Source: Verrucomicrobiota bacterium
GTDB lineage: Bacteria; Verrucomicrobiota; Verrucomicrobiia; Limisphaerales; SIBE01
Length of the DNA stretch: 64,000 bases
Direction: 5' to 3'
NCBI GenBank assembly: GCA_021733945.1
Contig: JAIPJX010000003.1
Coordinates: forward strand, 16,493 to 80,492
Below, one piece after another: positions 54,422 through 60,603 of this stretch. Position 1 is the stretch's first letter. Every line of letters begins with the position of its first letter. Under the pieces are notes generated by a model. The model did not search any database. It saw only the letters and a list, made by a program, of their open reading frames with translations, and was not told the DNA's origin. The position numbers and the translations under genes were made by a program.

Positions 54422-57004
54422 ATGAACCCAACACTACTGAACCGAGTGACACTGGCGATTCGTTTCTGCATGCGCGGTTGGCGCTGCCTTCCGTGCGTGT
54501 GCCTGGCGGCCAGCGTTTCGGCTCAGGAAGCCAGCCAAAACTGTTTTGCCTGGGATCCGAGTCCGGGCCCCGACATTCAAGGGTACCGTCTGTATGTGGG
54601 AGACAGCCCCGGCCATTACCAACAATCGTTCGATCTCGGCGATGTGACCGAGGCCTGCTTGACCAATCAGGTTGAGGTCGGATTTCAGTACTTTGCGGTC
54701 GCTGCGTACGACGCTTTTGAGTTCGAAAGCGGTCCGTCGAACGAGATTGAGCGCTATGTCCCTCTTGCCGACGGCAGGCCCAGTTGCTCGAGGATCCCGG
54801 ATCGTATCGTCAAGGAAAATGGCCGGATCGAACTGGCATTTTCGGTGCAGGATGGCGATACTCCGGCCGAGGCGCTCAGCGTCACCGTGAACGCGTCGGA
54901 CCCGGTCCTCGTGCCGGCTGCCAACATGACGCTCGGCGGTAGTGGCACGCATCGGACGCTCGTTGTGATCGCGGAATCCAATCGGGCAGGCAGCGCCACC
55001 ATTGCCATTACGGTTACCGACTTGGACGGGAACAGCAATGGCTGCGCGTTCCGGTTGACCGTTGTTCCGAATCCGCCGACGATCGCCCTGCTTTCGCCCC
55101 AGGAACCGTACGAAGTCCTCATCAACACCAGCACGACCATCCCATTCCAGGTGTTCGACTCCCGAACGCCTGCGGACGAGCTTCGGGTGGAAGCAACGAA
55201 GATTTGGGATGAAGGGGTCGTCACGAACGAGGGACTGATCCTCGAGGGCTTCGGTACGAACCGGAGTCTCTCGATTGAGCCCGCAGCGGATCAGATCGGT
55301 TGGGCCCTGATAGGAATCTCCGCCCGCAACAAAGACGGTGCTGTCGCAAAAAGGGAGTTCTGGATCGAGGTAACGTCCTTTCCGAGGTCGAACCAAAGGC
55401 CGAGCTTCGACAGAGGTAGCGATGTGAAGGTCCTGGAGGACTCGGGGTCGAAAACCGCGGATGGCTGGGCCACAAACATCAAAGCCGGCCCCGACGCTGA
55501 GAATTCGCAGGCGATCACGTTTCTCGTGAGCAGCGACAATTCGTCATTGTTCTCGGTGGAGCCTGCCATCAGCCCCGAAGGAACGTTGACATTCACTCCC
55601 GCACCCAACGCCAACGGGATTGCGAATCTCGCGGTCCAACTGAGGGACAATGGGGGGACGGACTTGAGCCTGCCTCAGACATTTAAGATCATTGTCGTGC
55701 CCGTCAATGATCCTCCCAGCTTTGTGAAGGGACCCGATCAGGTAATCCCCGAAGATGCCGCGCAGGTGAGGGTGACACGGTGGGCAACGGCGATCAGCGC
55801 GGGACCGATCGATGAATCCGGACAGAAGTTGAGCTTCCTCGTGAGCAATGACAATCCACAACTGTTCGCCTTGCAGCCGGAGATCCGATCGAACGGCAAA
55901 CTCCTTTACACGCCGGCGCCAAACTCCAACGGTGTGGCGACCGTGACGGTCCGGATCCGAGATGACGGGGGCACGGATAACGGGGAGGTGGACACAAGCG
56001 CGGAGGAAACATTCACAATCACAGTCAACGCTGTGAATGACGCCCCTCGCTTCAAAAAGGGGCCGGATCAGTTGCTTTCGGAAGACGCGGCGAGTCAGGC
56101 CGTGCTCAATTGGGCCACGGCTTTAAGCGCGGGCCCGGCCGACGAATCGACTCAAGCTCTGAACTTCCTGGTGAGCAACGACAATCCGGGGCTGTTCGCC
56201 TCACAGCCGGCCGTCAGTCCCGACGGGACGCTCACCTACGCTCTCGCCGCCAATGCCAACGGGGTGGCGATGGTTCGTGTCCAGATCCAGGATGACGGAG
56301 GAACGCCGAATTGGGAGGCGAACATGAGATTCCCGCAGGTTTTTTCAATCACCGTCCTTCCGGTCAATGACTCACCGAGTTTCACCAGGGGGGGCGATGT
56401 CACGCTATCGGAGGATGCGGGCGCGATAAGGGCTGTCCATTGGGCGACAGGGATCAAGGCAGGGCCCCTGGATGAGAGCGGGCAGGAGGTGACGTTTGTC
56501 GTGTCCAATGATAACGCCTCCTTGTTCTCGGTTCCTCCGACCATTGGCTCGGACGGGACATTGACGTTTACGACGGCGGGGCCCGATGTCAGTGGGACAG
56601 CCAGGGTGATGGTGCAAATCACGGACGATGGTGGGCGGGCCAATGGCGGAAACGACACCAGCCCGGCTCAATCGTTTGTGATCACCATTCTTCGCAGACA
56701 CCTTGCGACGCCGGCCTCGACAATTGGCGAACCGGATTGGAAAGCAAATGAACGGGGTGACGATGCGCCCGCTCTCCAGCTTCTTCGCGAAAACAGCGAA
56801 TGCAGGATCAGGATGCAAACATCCGAGGGCAAGACGTACGTGCTGGAGTATTGCGATTCGTTGAGCGAGAGCCAGTGGCAACCCCTGCTCCAGGTGCGGG
56901 GTGATCGCCAAGTGACTACACTGACCGATCCATCCGCACCTCATGCACGGCGGTTCTACAGGGTGCGTGTGTTGTCCCATTCGGTCGGGTCTCCTCTGGA
57001 GTAA
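54422..57004 (+). CDS. Secreted FN3 + cadherin-like/Ig-like tandem-module protein
   Basis: Signal peptide (CLPCVCLAASVSAQE). FN3-like AWDPSPGPDIQGYRLYVGDSPG. Two ~100-aa Ig-like modules. Four ~106-110-aa modules bounded by VND[PAS]P[SR]F. C-terminal module ends ...RRFYRVRVLS. Confidence 0.85.
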   Translation: MNPTLLNRVTLAIRFCMRGWRCLPCVCLAASVSAQEASQNCFAWDPSPGPDIQGYRLYVGDSPGHYQQSFDLGDVTEACLTNQVEVGFQYFAVAAYDAFEFESGPSNEIERYVPLADGRPSCSRIPDRIVKENGRIELAFSVQDGDTPAEALSVTVNASDPVLVPAANMTLGGSGTHRTLVVIAESNRAGSATIAITVTDLDGNSNGCAFRLTVVPNPPTIALLSPQEPYEVLINTSTTIPFQVFDSRTPADELRVEATKIWDEGVVTNEGLILEGFGTNRSLSIEPAADQIGWALIGISARNKDGAVAKREFWIEVTSFPRSNQRPSFDRGSDVKVLEDSGSKTADGWATNIKAGPDAENSQAITFLVSSDNSSLFSVEPAISPEGTLTFTPAPNANGIANLAVQLRDNGGTDLSLPQTFKIIVVPVNDPPSFVKGPDQVIPEDAAQVRVTRWATAISAGPIDESGQKLSFLVSNDNPQLFALQPEIRSNGKLLYTPAPNSNGVATVTVRIRDDGGTDNGEVDTSAEETFTITVNAVNDAPRFKKGPDQLLSEDAASQAVLNWATALSAGPADESTQALNFLVSNDNPGLFASQPAVSPDGTLTYALAANANGVAMVRVQIQDDGGTPNWEANMRFPQVFSITVLPVNDSPSFTRGGDVTLSEDAGAIRAVHWATGIKAGPLDESGQEVTFVVSNDNASLFSVPPTIGSDGTLTFTTAGPDVSGTARVMVQITDDGGRANGGNDTSPAQSFVITILRRHLATPASTIGEPDWKANERGDDAPALQLLRENSECRIRMQTSEGKTYVLEYCDSLSESQWQPLLQVRGDRQVTTLTDPSAPHARRFYRVRVLSHSVGSPLE
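55394..56692 (+). repeat. Four tandem ~330-nt coding repeats (cadherin-like modules)
   Basis: Consensus read from the four copies: PSF..G.D....ED.......WAT.I.AGP.DES.Q...F.VS.DN..LF...P.I...G.LT.T.A.N.NG.A.V.V.I.DDGGT.NG.....Q.F.I.V..VND. Confidence 0.8.
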
Positions 57005-57039
57005 CAGTCGCACGAGCCATGGTCGGGTGAGTGTTTGCA

Positions 57040-57423
57040 CTACAAACCACGAATCTTTTTCCCACAGAGGTTCTTCAGTGTTGACTTGATCTGCGACAAT
57101 AGTCTGAAACCCATTCCGCGCCTGAACGGGAACTCCATGAGAATCGCGGCTTGCTGGAGGTTGTCCAGCACACTCTCCAGCGCTTTGCTGTTCTGGTTCC
57201 TTTCGACAAGAACGAGCTGCAGGAGCATCGATGCTCCGGTGATAAAAAGCCTGTTGTTCTTGATTTCGAGCGCTTGGAGTGACGTCCTGACCACGAATTC
57301 CCTGCCGTTCCATAAAAACCTCACCGCTTCGGATTCTGGCAGGGCCGTCAAGCGCCGAATGGAATAGGGCTGGGGCACGGCCTCGCGAATCATCATCATC
57401 AAATCTTCCAGTGATCCTCGCAT
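57040..57423 (-). CDS. Hypothetical protein (orphan, 127 aa)
   Basis: The only non-shadow ORF in the low-GC islet on this strand. ATG is directly preceded by an in-frame TAA. Protein-like, helix-rich composition (LQALEIKNNRLFITGASMLLQLVLVERNQNSKALESVLDNLQQAAILM). No family recognised. Confidence 0.35.
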   Translation of the reverse strand: MRGSLEDLMMMIREAVPQPYSIRRLTALPESEAVRFLWNGREFVVRTSLQALEIKNNRLFITGASMLLQLVLVERNQNSKALESVLDNLQQAAILMEFPFRRGMGFRLLSQIKSTLKNLCGKKIRGL

Positions 57424-57942
57424 AAACTGTTACTTCGTCAGATCTCGTGTGGAAACAAGAGACTGCTTGAGGCATGCCAACATTGCGGGCCAGGCCTCCG
57501 GGCAATTGTAAGGCAAACGTCTTCAGACCATTCCGATTGAAGAAATTCTTCACAGAGGAATTCCGGAGCCTTCAACAAACAACGAGGTCACGAAACACGG
57601 CCGGATCTGGATGGCTGATCAGAAAATCGGTTCCGATTGTATGTCGTTGAACCATAACCCCCTGGACCTTGCCGTTCGCGGGTTGGGAGGGTCCTGCTCC
57701 CTGTGCCGCTCTACCTTACAATACTCGCTGTGCGTCGATCACATTTCCAAGTAATTGGTAATGAGAAGCTTCCCGTTTGAATCGTGCCCGGAAAAACTCT
57801 TGGGGGAGCCGTTCCCGTCGGTGGGCCTTACAGTTGCAATCGATTTGAAAGTTCGGTCCGATTCAATGCATCTACTTTTTTTATTCGGGAACCTGTTGGT
57901 AATCAGGTGCTCGAACGACGCCCGCTCATTTCGCCTCAAGTT

Positions 57943-57958
57943 TGGTATCCTCCTAGCT
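57943..57958 (+). promoter_or_regulatory. Candidate sigma54 -24/-12 promoter upstream of PEP-CTERM paralogue 1
   Basis: TGGTATC-CTCC-TAGCT has the GG-N10-GC spacing of TGGCACG-N4-TTGCW. It lies 115 nt upstream of ATG 58073. It shares GTTTGGYAY-N5-WAGCTWC with the better site at 59419. Confidence 0.3.
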
Positions 57959-58072
57959 ACTGCCTGTGTTGGATGATGAAACTTCACGGAAATCACAGTC
58001 CAATCAACCCGGGCGCTCCGGAAAGGCTGGAGGAACAACCGCAGGTGCGGTTGACAAACAAATGGAAATACA

Positions 58073-58855
58073 ATGCATTACATTAAACCGCTTCTAAAAT
58101 GGGTCGTCATGGCCGTGATGGTTGCAGCCACCAACGCCTGGGCGAATAATCTTCATATTGATCGCGTTTCGGGCTATTACGAGGGCATTGGCGGTGAATT
58201 CACGGTCACCCCAAATGATTTGGGTGACTTGAATGGCTCGGTGGCAGACTACCATCCGAAGGCGACTCATACCTACACGTCCGGTGGGTTGGCAGGAAGA
58301 ACAGGTATCCAAACCTTCTGCATCGAGTATCACGAGCATGTCAGCATCCCTGAAGACTATCATTATGACCTCGGGCCCAACGCCATCAAGGGTGGAACCT
58401 TGGCGGGCGATCCGGTTTCGGCTGGTGCTGGCTATCTTTACAATCGTTTCGCGCGGGGCATCCTTTCCGGTTACAACTACGTCGTCGGAACTGCTCGGAA
58501 AAATTCTGCCAATGACCTTCAGAAAGCCATTTGGTGGCTCGAAGGCGAATTGAGTTTGAGTGCGTCCATGATCGCGGCAAATCCGTTCCTCAATCAGGTC
58601 GCCTTGGTTTTTGGAAGTGCAACGGCAAGCAAGGCATCGTTCGCATTTGTGGGTTCGGAAATGGTCAGTGCGTCGTATTATGGCGTGGGAGCGATCAACA
58701 TGGGCCCGGATCCTCTTTATCCGAACCAGGATCAGCTTTATTGGAAGCGCCTCAACGACTCGCATGTACCGGAGGGGGCAGCCACACTGATTCTTATCGC
58801 CATGAGTATGACTGGCTTGACCTGGGTGCCAGGCAGGGCGCGGCGCGCTTCGTAA
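58073..58855 (+). CDS. PEP-CTERM (exosortase-sorted) secreted protein, paralogue 1; thioester-domain-like Cys/Gln motifs
   Basis: Signal peptide MHYIKPLLKWVVMAVMVAATNAWA. C-terminal sorting tail VPEGAATLILIAMSMTGLTWVPGRARRAS. Core is homologous to the 59501 gene. Motifs: FCIE (Cys83) and DLQKAIWWLEGE (Gln150). Confidence 0.85.
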   Translation: MHYIKPLLKWVVMAVMVAATNAWANNLHIDRVSGYYEGIGGEFTVTPNDLGDLNGSVADYHPKATHTYTSGGLAGRTGIQTFCIEYHEHVSIPEDYHYDLGPNAIKGGTLAGDPVSAGAGYLYNRFARGILSGYNYVVGTARKNSANDLQKAIWWLEGELSLSASMIAANPFLNQVALVFGSATASKASFAFVGSEMVSASYYGVGAINMGPDPLYPNQDQLYWKRLNDSHVPEGAATLILIAMSMTGLTWVPGRARRAS

Positions 58856-58878
58856 GGCAACTTCATCCAATCGAGTTC

Positions 58879-58917
58879 GGAAGGGCAGGGGCGACCCCCC
58901 TGCCTTTCCTTTTTTTT
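58879..58917 (+). terminator. Rho-independent terminator of paralogue 1
   Basis: GGAAGGGCAGGGG-cgacc-CCCCTGCCTTTCC (13-bp stem with one G-U) followed by T8 (58910-58917). Confidence 0.8.
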
Positions 58918-59418
58918 GTGTCGGAATATGAGGGGATTGGACGCAGGTCCGATGAGACGGTGTTTAAGATCCGTAGCAAGGCCCATTGCCAGATTTCGTA
59001 CACGGGTTCAATCCCATTCCACGCTTCCCACCCGGTCATAGACGAGGTTACGTCGGTGGGACGGTTGGAATCCATGCCCTGATTTTCGGCTGTTATGATT
59101 TCAAAAAGATCCCATCCGCGAGGTCCGCCGAGTAGGGTATCAGGCAGAGCGTTCGATAGAGGAGCGGGTTCTTCAAGAGTGTCGGGAATCTCAACACTCT
59201 GGCACCCTCACGGCGGGAATATCGCAATTCCTTATGGATAACATAGTTACACAGCTCCAATTCCTGATTCTTCCTGACAGGAGTTCTGATTCTGTCGAGC
59301 ATCCTTACAGTATTGAAGTCCTTATGCCATCAAAGTTGGTCCCGGAAAATAACGCGCCGAGTCGGAATGTGTTGGGAGTAATGTGTTTATAAAGCAACTC
59401 GATACTCCTCGAATCGTT

Positions 59419-59434
59419 TGGCACGGGCAAAGCT
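59419..59434 (+). promoter_or_regulatory. Candidate sigma54 -24/-12 promoter upstream of PEP-CTERM paralogue 2
   Basis: TGGCACG-GGCA-AAGCT: perfect -24 element TGGCACG and correct GG-N10-GC spacing, with a -12 of AAGC instead of TTGC. Lies 67-82 nt upstream of ATG 59501, which has a strong AAGGAG Shine-Dalgarno. A sigma54 activator (PrsR) is encoded 11 kb upstream. Confidence 0.5.
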
Positions 59435-59500
59435 TACACTCGCCAAGTAATGTGGTAGTGAATCAAGACGTGAATAATAAACAAATAAAGGAGTGTTTTC

Positions 59501-60271
59501 ATGAAATTGGTTAAATTAAAGTTGAGCGTTGTTGCGGTGGTTGGTTTGTCGGTGATGATGCCGCTTGCTGCCATGGGCAACACCGTTGATCTAAGGCGAT
59601 TCAATGGCTATTTCTCAGGAGATGGGGGGGAGTTCAGTATGAAACCCATTGATGGTCCGTTGACGGCGTATGTCAGTTCCTACAGCCCCAAGGCCACAAA
59701 AGTCAGTGGCGGAGCTACCTACATACAATCGTTTTGTCTGGAAACTCAGGAGAATGTCACGATTCCTGGGACCTATCACTACGACCTGAGCGATTCGGCG
59801 ATTAAAGGGGGTGCCGTTGTGTCTGATCCTGTTTCGTCCGGTGTTGGCTGGCTTTTCAGTCAGTTCGCGCGAGGCATTCTGAGCGGTTACAGCTATACTC
59901 CCGGCGCGGGTCGGGTGGCGTCGGCGAAAGATCTGCAAGATGCGATCTGGTATCTGGAAGCCGAGGATCTCACTGTGCCACTTACAAATCCGTTCCTGGT
60001 ATTGGTCGGTGGCAAGTTCACGGGTGGGATTGCGGGAGCTGCTTCAACCAGCGGTTTTTATATACCCTCTGGAGGTATTAAAAAGGCTGCGGATTTTGGT
60101 GTTGGCGCAGTCAATTTGGGAGATGCCCCCACCTATCCAGCCCAGGACCAGATATACTACAACAAACACGGAGATACGACCGTTCCCGATGGCGGTTCCA
60201 CTCTCGTGTTGCTGGGCATGGCATTTGTCTGCATAAACTCAGTGAGACGCCGGTTCTGTCTCGCTTCCTGA
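59501..60271 (+). CDS. PEP-CTERM (VPDSG-like tail) secreted protein, paralogue 2; thioester-domain-like Cys/Gln motifs
   Basis: AAGGAG SD 7 nt upstream. Signal peptide MKLVKLKLSVVAVVGLSVMMPLAAMG. Tail VPDGGSTLVLLGMAFVCINSVRRRF. Motifs: FCLE (Cys79) and DLQDAIWYLEAE (Gln146). Confidence 0.9.
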   Translation: MKLVKLKLSVVAVVGLSVMMPLAAMGNTVDLRRFNGYFSGDGGEFSMKPIDGPLTAYVSSYSPKATKVSGGATYIQSFCLETQENVTIPGTYHYDLSDSAIKGGAVVSDPVSSGVGWLFSQFARGILSGYSYTPGAGRVASAKDLQDAIWYLEAEDLTVPLTNPFLVLVGGKFTGGIAGAASTSGFYIPSGGIKKAADFGVGAVNLGDAPTYPAQDQIYYNKHGDTTVPDGGSTLVLLGMAFVCINSVRRRFCLAS

Positions 60272-60300
60272 AGGGGCCTACTTGATTCCACAACCACAGG

Positions 60301-60326
60301 AAGCAGGGCCCGCGCCCTGCTTTTTT
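60301..60326 (+). terminator. Rho-independent terminator of paralogue 2
   Basis: AAGCAGGGC-ccgc-GCCCTGCTT followed by a T-run (60321-60326). Confidence 0.75.
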
Positions 60327-60603
60327 CGTGCACCCGATATGTCCTGCCGATTTTTTTGGTTGAAGTCCAATAGAGGGAGGACACATCGAACTGGTAGTCA
60401 GATCACAAGGAAGACCATCGTAAGGAGGAATCTGGAAATCCCGCAGTGTAAAAGTCCCGGGGTGGTCTTGTCCGAAGGTCACTGGTGAATATCTGGCGAA
60501 ATTTAGCGTGGAAAGCGATGTGCATTACCGTCGGGCGTTTCTGGAGCATTCATCAAAGCGTCAGGGGCGTCGCGAGCCGTGAGCACGCATCATTATCAAA
60601 TCC

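Noticed and set aside
56405-57553. 382-aa minus-strand ORF
   Set aside because: Its 3' two-thirds are antisense to the well-supported cadherin-like gene. The remainder overlaps, in another frame, the more protein-like 127-aa ORF (57040-57423).
58028-58042. Sigma54-like string TGGAGGAACAACCGC 30 nt upstream of ATG 58073
   Set aside because: Both the -24 (TGGAGG) and -12 (CCGC) elements are weak. It shares no flanking similarity with the 59419 site, unlike the 57943 candidate.
58950-59030. tRNA-like T-arm sequence GGGTTCAATCCC (59004-59015), considered as a tRNA gene or tRNA-derived att site
   Set aside because: No complementary 7-bp acceptor stem, D-arm or anticodon arm could be folded around it on either strand, and no integrase lies nearby. 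Treated as coincidence. A covariance-model scan would settle it.
59199-59213. Additional sigma54-like string TGGCACCCTCACGGC with GG-N10-GC spacing
   Set aside because: The -12 region (CGGC) is poor and it lies about 300 nt from the nearest downstream start, upstream of the better site at 59419. Kept only as a possible second or decoy site.
59421-59434. CACGGGCAAAGC resembles the GGCAAA segment of c-di-GMP-I (GEMM-I) riboswitches, which are plausible upstream of biofilm genes
   Set aside because: The second conserved half (ACGCAAAGCC-type segment) and the paired helices are absent downstream. The sequence is better explained as a sigma54 -24/-12 element.
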